A DNA stretch of 64,000 bases from a virus, in the IMG/VR virus record IMGVR_UViG_3300037483_001148, positions 1-64,000 of that record; one strand, given 5' to 3'. This document shows, piece by piece, positions 19,927 to 30,280 of this stretch. The notes beneath the pieces are model-generated. The model had not been told where the DNA came from. It saw nothing but the letters and a program-made list of their open reading frames with translations, and did no database searches. The first letter of the stretch is position 1. Each line of letters starts with the position of its first letter. The position numbers and the translations under genes are program-made.

Positions 19927-20679
19927 ATGGGATATTGTATTAAAATGATAGTTAAAACGTGGAACATATTGTTGATAGCAATAACTAATATGCTACGAGA
20001 AGCTTTAATTCAGCCAGGGCCTTATGTTGCATCCTCAGTAGCGGGTAGCATAATTGCTTATGCTATGTCCGTTTCAAATGAATGGAATGTTTTTGGAATT
20101 TCTATTGGAGTAACAGTTGCTTTTGCTCTAGCTTCTTTCGAGATTTTATCTATTAAAACCATGATAAAATTGTGGCGAGTAAAAACATCGGCATTTTATG
20201 CAGCTTTGGTTGTTTCAGTATTTGCTCTAATAATAGAGTGGACAATCTTATTTTTAGCAGATCATTCTTTGCCTAATATGCTTAGAATTGTAGGAATCGC
20301 ATTTTGCATCATACCGGGAACAATGTATTTATTACAATCTCTAAATGAATGGGTAGATGAACAAATAGATTCTACTCGACAAAGAGAACAGGTTGATGCA
20401 GAATTAAATATTGAGCGAAAGAAAAAAGAGCAAGTAATTTTACTACAACAAATGGAAGAACAAGCTAAATGGGAAGTTGAACAACAACGAATTAAACTTA
20501 AAAACGCTCAAGAAAAGTCTTTGGCGAAGATAAACGTAGGCTACGTCGAAGCTACGTCGAAGGGTACGAAAGCTACGTCGAAGAAAACGTATATTTGTCC
20601 GTACTGTAACGTAGATCAAGGTATGCCTCAGCGATATTCAATTCACATGCGCTACTGCAAAGAAAGAAACAATGGTTAA
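19927..20679 (+). CDS. 4-TM membrane protein with coiled coil and C-terminal C2HC finger
   Basis: Hydrophobic N-half; CPYC...HMRYC; short GCTACGTCGAAG repeats at 20540-20583. Confidence 0.65.
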   Translation: MGYCIKMIVKTWNILLIAITNMLREALIQPGPYVASSVAGSIIAYAMSVSNEWNVFGISIGVTVAFALASFEILSIKTMIKLWRVKTSAFYAALVVSVFALIIEWTILFLADHSLPNMLRIVGIAFCIIPGTMYLLQSLNEWVDEQIDSTRQREQVDAELNIERKKKEQVILLQQMEEQAKWEVEQQRIKLKNAQEKSLAKINVGYVEATSKGTKATSKKTYICPYCNVDQGMPQRYSIHMRYCKERNNG

Positions 20680-20754
20680 ATATTCATTCATAATTATTGT
20701 AACTCTAATTACCATCCTAATCCTTACTATTTTTTCTTTTGATTCCAAATCATA

Positions 20755-21585
20755 TTGTATGCTTGCACCGGGGTTAATTGTATGGCAAACCTGGGGTATA
20801 TACGAGCAACAAAGAATTCTAAAAAGGATAAAACAATGATCGACTTAAAGGTTAGTAAAATGCTTGAACCAGATGTCGTTAAATCTTCGAGGGATATTTC
20901 TCAAGACTTAACCATTGTGTCTATCTTCCGCAACCGGCAACATGTCTTTCCTCGCTACTTTAACCAAATTGAAGGTCTGGAATGGCTCTTTGGTAAGGTA
21001 AATATAGTAGCAATTGAAAATGATAGTACAGATCGAACCAGACAAATATTAGAACAGTGGAACTACCCCCACAAGTATATCCTGGGTGAGACAACTGGTG
21101 AACCTTATTATGGTTCTTGTATAAATTCAGAGCGATTTAGAATTCTGGCTCAAGCGGTGAATATTGGCTTAGATTACATCGTTAAGAACATCGAAACCGA
21201 ATACGTTATGTTCATTGAAAGTGACATAATATATGAGCATAAATTAGCTTTGCTCCTGAAAACCTTAGTTGATAAGATAGATGGTATTGTCAGTCCAATG
21301 GTTTGGACCGAAAAAGACCTGATATTTTATGACATTTGGGCTTTTCGTTTTGAGGAGAACGGGGAGTTAAAATCTTTTCCACCTTATGGGAAAAAATGGT
21401 ATGAAACTAACTGGCGGGAGGAATACAAACAAATCTTATCAGCGGGTACTTGTTTAATGTTCAAAAAAGAGGTATTATGTAAGGGAGCAAGATTAACCCC
21501 CGAAGAGGCAATTGTAGGATTATGTAAAACAGCTAATGTACCTACAATTGCTGCTTATAAGATTCATATCTACCACCCGCAATGA
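20755..21585 (+). CDS. GT-A (family 2-like) glycosyltransferase
   Basis: IENDSTD.T, YVMFIESDI, FYD.WAFR, SAGTCL; start may be ATG 20836. Confidence 0.8.
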   Translation: MYACTGVNCMANLGYIRATKNSKKDKTMIDLKVSKMLEPDVVKSSRDISQDLTIVSIFRNRQHVFPRYFNQIEGLEWLFGKVNIVAIENDSTDRTRQILEQWNYPHKYILGETTGEPYYGSCINSERFRILAQAVNIGLDYIVKNIETEYVMFIESDIIYEHKLALLLKTLVDKIDGIVSPMVWTEKDLIFYDIWAFRFEENGELKSFPPYGKKWYETNWREEYKQILSAGTCLMFKKEVLCKGARLTPEEAIVGLCKTANVPTIAAYKIHIYHPQ

Positions 21586-22730
21586 ACTACATCTATGTTG
21601 TCAACTGCTATAATGTCTTAACTGAAAACCAACGGCAAAGTTTTTTGGATGCTTGCCGAAGATGGCAATGCCGGTATATGGAAGTATCCGAACAAATCTC
21701 TGAGCCAAAAGAACTCAAGTTTAGAGCCTTTGAATTTTGTCCAGATGCAGACAAAATTCTCATTCTTGACGCTGATACTATTATTCGGAGTGATTGTCCT
21801 AGTATCTTTCAGTACGATAATGCGGCTGTACTTTCCAGTCAATCAGGGTTAGATGATGTCAGTTCGGATCATGATTACAATCTGATCTGCAAAAAATATC
21901 CTCGCCTTAAAATGAATTCAATAAATTCCGGTATTTTGCTTCTATCTAAGAAAAATTGTAGGATATTAGATACTGCTTTTGATATTCATAAAACCGTATC
22001 CGGTAGAATAGGTGTAGACCAAGCCCCCCTTAATTACGCTCTATCCAAAGCATCTCTGACCTTACTGGATTACTCTTGGAATTATCGTGGACCTGCATTT
22101 CCCGAACCTATGCAAGCTTACATCTATCATTTTGCTGGTCAGGGGGTAAACCGGTATATAAGATATGGTGGTATGAGTTGGTTTCATTCTACCATAAAAG
22201 ACAGGACTCAATTTCCTACTCTGCTAAAAGACTATAGCATCGGGGCAGAAATAGGTGTTCATCGAGGACTATTTTCAGAAACTATCTTGAGGCAATGGCA
22301 AGGGCATCTATACTTGATAGATTTGTGGAAACATCAATCACCTGAAATTTATCAATCCACAACATGTAACCAATCTGATAAAATTCAAGAACAAGTATAT
22401 CAGGAAGCAATGGCTAGAACATGTATTTTGCCAGGAAAATCTACTGTCATAAGAGAAGATTCAGCCCATGCTGCATCCATTGTTGGAAAACTTGATTTTG
22501 TTTATATTGATGCTAATCACAGTTTTGAAGCAACTCTGGCTGATCTTGAAAGCTATTATCCTTTGGTTAAACCGGGAGGTCTTATAGCCGGTCATGATTT
22601 TTTGGACGGTATGATTGGTGGTTGTAACTTCGGAGTTAAAAAAGCTGTCTTTGAATTTCTCAAAGACAAGCCTTATTCACTTTATGTAACTAATGAACAA
22701 TTTCCTACGTGGTACTTTTATAAGGAGTAA
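21582..22730 (+). CDS. GT8-like glycosyltransferase fused to a class I SAM methyltransferase
   Basis: ILDADT, NSGILL, DQ..LN, WN, YHFAG; then GAEIGV..G.FS, DFVYIDANHS, GG.IAGHD. Confidence 0.85.
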   Translation: MNYIYVVNCYNVLTENQRQSFLDACRRWQCRYMEVSEQISEPKELKFRAFEFCPDADKILILDADTIIRSDCPSIFQYDNAAVLSSQSGLDDVSSDHDYNLICKKYPRLKMNSINSGILLLSKKNCRILDTAFDIHKTVSGRIGVDQAPLNYALSKASLTLLDYSWNYRGPAFPEPMQAYIYHFAGQGVNRYIRYGGMSWFHSTIKDRTQFPTLLKDYSIGAEIGVHRGLFSETILRQWQGHLYLIDLWKHQSPEIYQSTTCNQSDKIQEQVYQEAMARTCILPGKSTVIREDSAHAASIVGKLDFVYIDANHSFEATLADLESYYPLVKPGGLIAGHDFLDGMIGGCNFGVKKAVFEFLKDKPYSLYVTNEQFPTWYFYKE

Positions 22731-22732
22731 TC

Positions 22733-23203
22733 ATGAAAATGAAATCCGCTAAATGGTTAGGTTTTGGAGCAAAAGGCGAACACTCCAATATTCTATTAGC
22801 AGATATTCGCCGGGGAGTGGGAGATAAGGTAGAAGATGTACGTGATCTATCTTTTCCCAACCAATCCTTTAAGGGGGTCGAACTACATCATGTCATTGAA
22901 CACATGTCTGAAGAGGATGGAGATAAAGCACTAGCTGAGATTTTTCGGGTTTTAGAACCTGGTGGAGAACTGCACATTTCTGCTCCTGACTTGGAAGCGT
23001 GTGCCAGAACTTTATTGACTGAAAACATGGCGATATTGGTTAATATTTACAGTCCTCATGAAGATCAGGCTCAATGGCACAGGTGGGGTTATACCAAAAA
23101 GACCATGCAACAAAAGTTAGAAAAAGCCGGTTTCAAAGAAATTCGGCAAGCAGCTATTACCGAACCCCACGAATTTCGATTCATTTGTACCAAATATACC
23201 TAA
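22733..23203 (+). CDS. SAM-dependent methyltransferase (type 11-like)
   Basis: LSFP..SF..V..HHVIEH...EIFRVL.PGG.L.ISAPD. Confidence 0.8.
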   Translation: MKMKSAKWLGFGAKGEHSNILLADIRRGVGDKVEDVRDLSFPNQSFKGVELHHVIEHMSEEDGDKALAEIFRVLEPGGELHISAPDLEACARTLLTENMAILVNIYSPHEDQAQWHRWGYTKKTMQQKLEKAGFKEIRQAAITEPHEFRFICTKYT

Positions 23204-23308
23204 AATGAATACATTTACTATAAATAAGAACTACAACATTGAACCAATGGGTACAATTGAATTGTCCGAAACGTTAGAGCAGTTAATAGCAAAAACAGAA
23301 GGGTTAAA

Positions 23309-23911
23309 ATGAAAACACCACATTCATGGCCGATGGGGGAATTTCTAACTGCTGCTGTCAGGGAACGACCCGAAGTTGATGAGGTCGAAAATCTCAAAAA
23401 TTATGGTGAAAATGACTACATTACTTTACCGGCTTTGATTCTGGATTTAGACGGAACAATCCGATTTTCCAAGTCAGGTGAATTTATTCAAGGTCCAGAC
23501 GATATTGAGATTTATGCCGATGTTGAAGCAAAACTGCTTGAGTATTACCCCACCACACTTATTTTTGGGGTATCTAATCAGGGCGGTGTAGCTTTTGGTC
23601 ACAAAACACCTGAACAAGATAGAGCCGAGATTGAAGCTACTATAAGAATGTTTGATACTCAAATGTTTATGGCTGTATTTACGGCATGGCAACATCCAGA
23701 GGGAACGGTATATCCTTTTAACCATTATTCACTTCTTCGTAAACCAAATTACGGTATGCTGGTTCTATGTGAATGGTATGCTTACCAACGTAGTTATATA
23801 ATTGACTGGAATAGAAGTCTAATAGTGGGTGACAGGTCAGAGGATAAAGAATGTGCTTTTAGAGCCGGAATTGGGTTTGAATGGACTGAGAAGTTTTTTG
23901 ATCGAAAGTAA
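23309..23911 (+). CDS. HAD-IIIA phosphatase (GmhB/PNKP-like)
   Basis: DLDGTI, SNQGGV, RKPNYGM, VGDR.EDKECA..AG. Confidence 0.88.
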   Translation: MKTPHSWPMGEFLTAAVRERPEVDEVENLKNYGENDYITLPALILDLDGTIRFSKSGEFIQGPDDIEIYADVEAKLLEYYPTTLIFGVSNQGGVAFGHKTPEQDRAEIEATIRMFDTQMFMAVFTAWQHPEGTVYPFNHYSLLRKPNYGMLVLCEWYAYQRSYIIDWNRSLIVGDRSEDKECAFRAGIGFEWTEKFFDRK

Positions 23912-24535
23912 ATGAAAGTTATGGACATCATCATTGTAGGCATAGGTGGATTAGCTAAAGAAATACTAGGTATGTTAATCTCCATGAATAAAATTCAATA
24001 TGGAATTAACATCAAGGGCTTTGTATCCGAAAAAAAGACCACTGATTTTTTCAGTGGTTTTCCTGTACTTGGCGATGATGAATGGCTAATCGAACAACCA
24101 ACGCAACATGTTATACTGGCTATAGCTGCCCCAAAGATTAGATATAATCTGTATCAGAAATTACAACATCACGTTTTTCCTAGCTTTGTTCATCCCCACG
24201 TAGATAATTTAGGTGGTATAATTGGGGATGGAGTTATTATCATGCCCCAAGTTGTAATTGAAATGGATGTAGTTATCGGCAACTTTGTTTTTGTTGGCTC
24301 ACACACGTTTATTGGTCATGATGCATTTATTGGTAATTTCTGTACCATTACCTACGGAGTAGGTATATCTGGACATTCCTTAATTGGTGACAAATCGTTT
24401 ATTGGTACAAACGCTGTTGTTATTGATGGCAAATCCATTGGTCAAGAAGTAACATTGGGAGCAGGAGCAGTTGTTACCAAGTACGTTCCTAACGGGGAAA
24501 CCTGGGTAGGAGTTCCGGCAAGGAAAATGAGATGA
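23912..24535 (+). CDS. NeuD/PglD-family sugar acetyltransferase
   Basis: G.GG.AKE N-domain, hexapeptide repeats, IGHD, VGVPAR. Confidence 0.9.
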   Translation: MKVMDIIIVGIGGLAKEILGMLISMNKIQYGINIKGFVSEKKTTDFFSGFPVLGDDEWLIEQPTQHVILAIAAPKIRYNLYQKLQHHVFPSFVHPHVDNLGGIIGDGVIIMPQVVIEMDVVIGNFVFVGSHTFIGHDAFIGNFCTITYGVGISGHSLIGDKSFIGTNAVVIDGKSIGQEVTLGAGAVVTKYVPNGETWVGVPARKMR

Positions 24536-25089
24536 CGGTTGACCTCCTGGACTTGATTCAATGGTTTATAGTAGCTCTTACTCCGGCGATTTTAGCAATT
24601 TGGCTATATTACACCAAAGTGTATGAACCGAACCGCATAAAAGAAAAAGAAAATGCTATCTCCCATAACTTCAAGAGTGCCGATAGCACTCAGGAGTTTA
24701 CTGAGAATCAAGCCAATCAAGCTCTGGAATCTCAACTTGGTATTGTACGACAACTTGTTTCTCATATCATTGAGAGTAACAATGGTCACATGACTGAACT
24801 TACCAAATCAGTGATTGAGGGAATGGCAAGAATAACGGAAGCGGTTTTACTGGGTGACAAAGAACACACGATCCAACTGGAAAAAATGACTGCCGCTTAT
24901 AATCAAGCTTTGGTAACTCTTTCACGTGCAGCAGCATTTCCAAGTATCCAGAGGCATACTGATCTTGACGACATTCTATCAGCCAGGGTTAAAACAGAAG
25001 CAGTTGAAGCTACTGATGCTATGGCAAAAGCGGCAGGGGAAAGTGTTCCAGGAGAAAGTACAATTGAAGTAACAGGAAGGAATATATGA
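24532..25089 (+). CDS. N-terminal TM plus helical protein
   Basis: One TM helix followed by coiled coil. Confidence 0.6.
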   Translation: MTVDLLDLIQWFIVALTPAILAIWLYYTKVYEPNRIKEKENAISHNFKSADSTQEFTENQANQALESQLGIVRQLVSHIIESNNGHMTELTKSVIEGMARITEAVLLGDKEHTIQLEKMTAAYNQALVTLSRAAAFPSIQRHTDLDDILSARVKTEAVEATDAMAKAAGESVPGESTIEVTGRNI

Positions 25090-25607
25090 GCGATCCACGT
25101 CAAGTTGGCAACAATGAGAGTGTTTTTGCTATTGTAGAACGCCTGGTCAAATCCATCCGAATCATTGCCGAGATGCAAAAAGTTGGTGATGCTGACCAGG
25201 AAAGACAACATGAACTGGCAAAAATCTTATTAGCTTATATCGTAACTTTGGCTGAAGGGGTCAACCAAAGCCTGATGGATTTGGATAGCAGTATTACCAC
25301 CAGAGAGAAATTTTTGGACGACCTGATTCAGATTATAAAAAGTCAACAGGACTTCTTAGCAGCAGAAGCTACATCCATATATGACCGTAAAGTTAATATG
25401 GAATTAATGGACCTATACGCCGACGAAAATGCTACAGCCATGTTCATCACTCGAAACCTTCTTACTTATGGCTCTAATCATGAGCCTACTGTAAGAGCAT
25501 TTTTTGATAAGGTTAATCTGGATGTAGTCACCAAAGCAGCAAACAATATGAGTGTAATCAGAGTAAGAGAACTAATAGGAGCGTTATATGGACCTGGTAC
25601 AAGGTGA
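25086..25607 (+). CDS. hypothetical helical protein
   Basis: Coupled ORF. Confidence 0.6.
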   Translation: MSDPRQVGNNESVFAIVERLVKSIRIIAEMQKVGDADQERQHELAKILLAYIVTLAEGVNQSLMDLDSSITTREKFLDDLIQIIKSQQDFLAAEATSIYDRKVNMELMDLYADENATAMFITRNLLTYGSNHEPTVRAFFDKVNLDVVTKAANNMSVIRVRELIGALYGPGTR

Positions 25608-25890
25608 AGTAGGAAGAGTTATTCCCTTAACCTGGGATAACAATGAGAACATAAGCTCTTACACTCTAACCGGCCTGATAGAAACCAGTCCCGGTATAAA
25701 CTACACTGTTCGGCAGATAATAGGAGCGTTAAATCCTACCGGAAGTAGTGCCTTTAGTTGGACACTGGCTGAACAGGATACCACGTATGCCGGAATTTTT
25801 ACGGTTCAGTTCATTGCTACGCTTGGGGCAGTTGTCCTAAAGACTGTGCCAAGTTTAATGAAAGTTTACAGGTCGCCGGAATGGGTATAA
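25588..25890 (+). CDS. BppU-N-like small beta protein
   Basis: W.L...DT..AG.F.VQF. Confidence 0.45.
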   Translation: MDLVQGEVGRVIPLTWDNNENISSYTLTGLIETSPGINYTVRQIIGALNPTGSSAFSWTLAEQDTTYAGIFTVQFIATLGAVVLKTVPSLMKVYRSPEWV

Positions 25891-26558
25891 AACGAGGACA
25901 AGCACTTGTAGAGACAGCTTTGATTGCTCCAATTTTAGTATTTTTGTTGATAGGTGTTTGGGAAGTAGGATGGGCTTTACGAGGATACCTTGTTTTAGCC
26001 AATGCCAATCGAGAAGCGGCCAGATTTGCAGTTAGACCGCACTATCTGAACTACGATGAACAAAGCTACATCAATATTGTAAATCATGCTATTACTTCTA
26101 TATCCAATCAGATTCCATTTACCACCACCGGCACAACCCAAATAACGGCAGTTCGGATTGACACTCAGTTAGTATGTGATCCGTTTAAGCGGGATGAGAA
26201 TAACAATCTTATTTGTGATTGTGATAAAGTTGCTACCCAACCTTATAGCCCAACGATTGTTATTTCCCATCTGACAAACCCCACAATGACTTTTAAGTAT
26301 CCTCTTACTTCCTCGGAGAAAAGTAAAATTGACTGGCAGATACTAATTCAGCAACTTATAGTCAAAAACAGGAGGTTTAATTGTAATCTAATGCTGAGAG
26401 GATTTACCCCGACTATAGATGAGAGTGTATACGTGGAGATGTGGTTTCACCAGGATCAATTATTCGGATTTCCATTGATTTCAAATCCGTTTACTGATCC
26501 TGTACCGATGTATGCGCACAGTGTATTTAGAAAACTAACACCTACGAGAGAGGATTAA
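25881..26558 (+). CDS. TadE/TadG-like minor pilin
   Basis: Prepilin motif KRG/QALVE, hydrophobic helix, then L.NA.REAARFA. Confidence 0.88.
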   Translation: MGIKRGQALVETALIAPILVFLLIGVWEVGWALRGYLVLANANREAARFAVRPHYLNYDEQSYINIVNHAITSISNQIPFTTTGTTQITAVRIDTQLVCDPFKRDENNNLICDCDKVATQPYSPTIVISHLTNPTMTFKYPLTSSEKSKIDWQILIQQLIVKNRRFNCNLMLRGFTPTIDESVYVEMWFHQDQLFGFPLISNPFTDPVPMYAHSVFRKLTPTRED

Positions 26559-26755
26559 CCGATGGACGAACAACACCCCGATGATTTAGTTCAAATTCGA
26601 TTACGAGAAACAATGGATGCAATCAAAGCTGCTCGGCCAACAGAGCGAAGCGAATTAGCAAGGCGGTATGCCATACTCATTACTGAACTTGAGAAACTTC
26701 AGGCTTATCATGACGTTTATATTGTGCGGCGGGATTACTGGCCGATTGAGTAAAG

Positions 26756-27307
26756 ATGCCAAGCGGATATACTCACGCCAAAATAACCAAAACCATAGCG
26801 ATTTTAGCTTTACCGGCTTACTTTTACTTTAATCCAGTCATTGCGACTGGCCTGGAAGTTGGAATTTTACTTACCCTGGTAGTTAATCCTGACAATGATT
26901 TAACTACCAGCCGGTTAGGTCAGTTCAAATGGTTAGGCTTTGAGTGGTACAAGCGCCTGGTAAGCCACAGATACGGCTTGAACTGGAACCACTGGCGCAA
27001 GTTGACCTGGAAGACATTATGGAAAGTAATTTTCTTTTCTCACACTCCCTTTACCGGTACATTGTTGCGATTGATTATCACCTTATACGTGCCACTTATA
27101 GTTCTGTTGCTTCTATCAGCATTGCAATTATGGCTATTTTGGTTTATAATAGGCGTGTATTTAGGTATGGGCCTAAGTGACACCGGGCATATGCTAGCCG
27201 ATGTCATGTGGTCAGGAATTAAAAAGCTATTTCCGTTCTTAAGAGAACGTGAAAATAAAAAATATGCACCATACAAAAGGAGAACAAGTATTGGTGGTAT
27301 GCGGTGA
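26756..27307 (+). CDS. DUF2227-like metal-binding membrane protein
   Basis: MPSG.TH...PD.DL...HR...SH.P..GT..R...H..AD. Confidence 0.75.
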   Translation: MPSGYTHAKITKTIAILALPAYFYFNPVIATGLEVGILLTLVVNPDNDLTTSRLGQFKWLGFEWYKRLVSHRYGLNWNHWRKLTWKTLWKVIFFSHTPFTGTLLRLIITLYVPLIVLLLLSALQLWLFWFIIGVYLGMGLSDTGHMLADVMWSGIKKLFPFLRERENKKYAPYKRRTSIGGMR

Positions 27308-28082
27308 AACTATTTTCATACAAGATAAAGTAGAAACCTCGTGGAATCCAAGAACAAAAGAATATTATGAATCATTAGGATATATATTTACTGGACATTT
27401 TTCTAAATTGGTGATTCATATAAACGATTTACCGAAAGCATCCAATGTAAAAATAGAAGTAAGATGTCCAAAATGTGGCAAAATAAGACTAGCTAAGTAT
27501 TCACACATAGCTGCTACTGGTAACTCCCAATGCCAGGTATGCTCAAGAGTTAATAATAGAACGGGTCAAAAATTTGGGAGATTAACAGCGATCAAAGTAG
27601 TAGGAAAAACAAGAAATGGGGACTATATATGGGAATGCAAGTGCGAATGTGGAAATATAAAAAACGTTACTAATGGTAGCATAGGAAAAACAATATTCAG
27701 TTGTGGTTGTTTACGTAAAGAGGTTGTATCTGAACGTAGAAAAAATACTCCAAAAGAAAAACATTACAAATGGAATCCTAATTTGACAGATGAAGAACGT
27801 GATAAGGGCAGAAATATTGATAGAGAAAAACTAAATAAATGGAGAAGTTTAGTACATAAACGTGATACCTACACCTGTCAAGTTTGTAAGAAGAAGAATC
27901 ATGGGAAAATACAAGTTCACCACCTACTATCCTATAGAAAATACCCTCAGTTTAGGTTTGATGTGTCGAATGGAATAACATTGTGCATAGATTGTCATAA
28001 AGAATTCCACCATAAGTTCTCGTATAGTAACTTTACTGGTGAAGATTTTATAAAGTTTAGAAAGGAAAAACAAAATGAATAA
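27249..28082 (+). CDS. HNH homing endonuclease
   Basis: GQKFGRLT...W.C.C.CGN; WR..V..RD.YTCQVC...VHH...NGITLC..CH..FH. Confidence 0.88.
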   Translation: MKIKNMHHTKGEQVLVVCGETIFIQDKVETSWNPRTKEYYESLGYIFTGHFSKLVIHINDLPKASNVKIEVRCPKCGKIRLAKYSHIAATGNSQCQVCSRVNNRTGQKFGRLTAIKVVGKTRNGDYIWECKCECGNIKNVTNGSIGKTIFSCGCLRKEVVSERRKNTPKEKHYKWNPNLTDEERDKGRNIDREKLNKWRSLVHKRDTYTCQVCKKKNHGKIQVHHLLSYRKYPQFRFDVSNGITLCIDCHKEFHHKFSYSNFTGEDFIKFRKEKQNE

Positions 28083-28314
28083 GCAAAATGAAGTAAAATC
28101 GGGGATTTATACCAGTGAATTTTGGGTAACTTTGGGAGCGCAACTAATCCCTGTGCTTGTTTTACTTGGTATTTTGGGGCAGGAAGAAGCCGGACAAGTT
28201 CAGAATGAGTGGGCTGAATTGGTCAAAGCGGCTTTTGCTTTGCTGGCTTCAGCCGGGGTTGCGGTTGCTTATATTTGGGGGAGAGCTAAAGTAAAAGCCA
28301 ATGATGGTAACTGA
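28075..28314 (+). CDS. putative holin
   Basis: KSG..TSEFW, two TM helices, YI.GR..VK. Confidence 0.6.
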   Translation: MNKQNEVKSGIYTSEFWVTLGAQLIPVLVLLGILGQEEAGQVQNEWAELVKAAFALLASAGVAVAYIWGRAKVKANDGN

Positions 28315-29569
28315 GTATTACATTCCACTAAACAAAGAGAAGTTTGATGTTTCGATTCCTCAAGGATCGAGATTTTTGTCAATGGGTTTGCTACCAAGCC
28401 AGCCGAAGATGCTATACCTTATTGACGAAAAGGAAACAACTCGTAAAACACATACTTTTGTTCAGTTTCCAGTTCACAAACCATTCCAAACACATGGCAC
28501 TTATGTAGGAGTGTATGAGGACAGAATGAAACATTGGGTTGTGTTTGAGGTGGAATGATGAGACTTACAGAAGATGGTCTTTACACCCCTGAGCCGGAAT
28601 ATATACCTTTACAGGCAATGCTAGGTGAAATTGTTTGGCCTCCAAAAAAAGATAAAATGAAAGAACAAATCCTAAAACTAATTGAAGAAACCCCCGGCAT
28701 TACTTTGTTTGTTTTAGCCGACAAACTAAAAGTAAAATCTACTGAAGTAAACAGTGTACTAAGAGAGTTAATCAAAGCAAAAGAAGTACAAGTTACAACG
28801 AAAAAGCTGAGGCATTTCCATGCAGTTCAGGATCACACGACCTAATCAATACGGTTGGACGTTAGAACGATTTACTGAAGGTATAAACAAACGTACCGGC
28901 AAACCAAACAAGGGCTGTTGGACATCTGTTGGTTATTACGGCAAACTAAAAGACCTGGCTGTATATCTGTTGGATAAGAGCATTGAACTACCAGAGGGGA
29001 ACTTAGCCGAGCAAATTCCTTTGATTCTTGAAGCAATCAAAGCAGCCGAAGAAAGAATTACAGAAAGGTTAAATGAATCCATTACGAGAAAAACTAGCTG
29101 ACTTATGTCATCACCAGTGGTCCGGTTGGATGAAGTATTTATTTGCAAAGGGAACATTCAACGATGACAGATCATGGACGATGCCCAAAGAATATGTAGA
29201 GCATTGGACACGGCAGATGAACACCCACTACAAAAATCTATCCGAGCCAGAGCAAGAAAGTGATCGAAAAGAAGCCGATAGGTTTATTGACGCAATCTCA
29301 AATCATGTGAGCAAATGACAAACGAACAATTAGCAATTCTTATAAAACAAATAGCCAGACGAATTAGAGCAACAGCAGAAAGCATTGAACCCCTTATTAC
29401 TGATGGAGAAAGAATCTTCGAGTATAAGTGGGTTGGCTCAGGTATACCACCCCTTCTTCCCATTGGAGAAGGTTGGGAGTTTCAACAAACCGGTCCTTTT
29501 GCAGCCGTACTAGCAGTGGTTGATCTGGCCGAAGAACTGGAAAAAGAAGCCAAAACTCTCCTTAAATAA
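28301..29569 (+). other. five small coupled hypothetical ORFs (28301-28558, 28555-28845 wHTH-like, 28820-29101, 29073-29318, 29315-29569)
   Basis: Overlapping start/stop junctions in the ORF track. Confidence 0.6.
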
Positions 29570-29584
29570 ACAACTCCTTCCATT

Positions 29585-29626
29585 CAAAAGTCCTCTCCAC
29601 GTCCGTCAGGAGAGGACTTTTGCTTT
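29585..29626 (+). terminator. intrinsic terminator (possibly bidirectional)
   Basis: CAAAAGTCCTCTCC-10 nt-GGAGAGGACTTTTG. Confidence 0.8.
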
Positions 29627-29872
29627 AGTATACTCTCCCATTTTAAGCTTTTACCCCTCTGCAAAACAATAACAATCCCCAAAACTTCTCAGTGTAAGTG
29701 TAGACATTACAGCTTGCGGATATGATTTATTAAATCCCCACCCAAACCCTCTCTTCCCTTATCGTGTAACATTATATATACCTACTATGATAACTACCTG
29801 TTCTTCTTTACCTGTGTGCGATTTTTTGCGCCAAAACCACTCCCCTACCAGTAGGTGTCTCCCTTTTTTTCA

Positions 29873-30118
29873 CAGAACAGATGAGCTAATGGAATTTGGT
29901 TCAGCAAATATTTTGGAATTTGGTTCAAGCGAATTCTTGGGTATCGTCGTAGGCCGGCCTCTTGCGAACATATGTTCTAATGGGGGGATTAGAACAGTCG
30001 TTCTAATCCCAGAACATATGAGCTAATAGCCGATTAGAACATAAATTCTGTAATTAGAACAAATAATCTAATATACATAAATAATATGCATTATGTATAT
30101 TAGAACATATATACTAAT
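29873..30118. repeat. array of seven GAAC-N4-GTTC-type palindromes
   Basis: Perfect copies at 29966 and 29992 (ATTAGAACAGTCGTTCTAAT); degenerate copies at 29875, 30012, 30037, 30057, 30103. Confidence 0.75.
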
Positions 30119-30280
30119 ATGTATACATAATCAGCCGATATATCCAATGCACGAGTTTCTATATCTTAAGGTTTGAGTAGGGTTTGCGTTGGGTACGAAT
30201 CACTAATCTAGGCTATACTTATAGTTGACCGTTGGGGTAGCCGGTCAACATAATCATTAATGCCCCACAGGAGAAATCTC

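Noticed and set aside
20540-20583. GCTACGTCGAAG triple repeat
   Set aside because: Encodes a low-complexity ATSK linker within a CDS; no independent role evident
27249-28082. HNH gene as part of a group I intron
   Set aside because: Flanking genes are complete and no intron core is recognisable; treated as free-standing
29787-30026. 79-aa ORF in the non-coding gap
   Set aside because: Runs through the palindrome array; no SD or protein-like features
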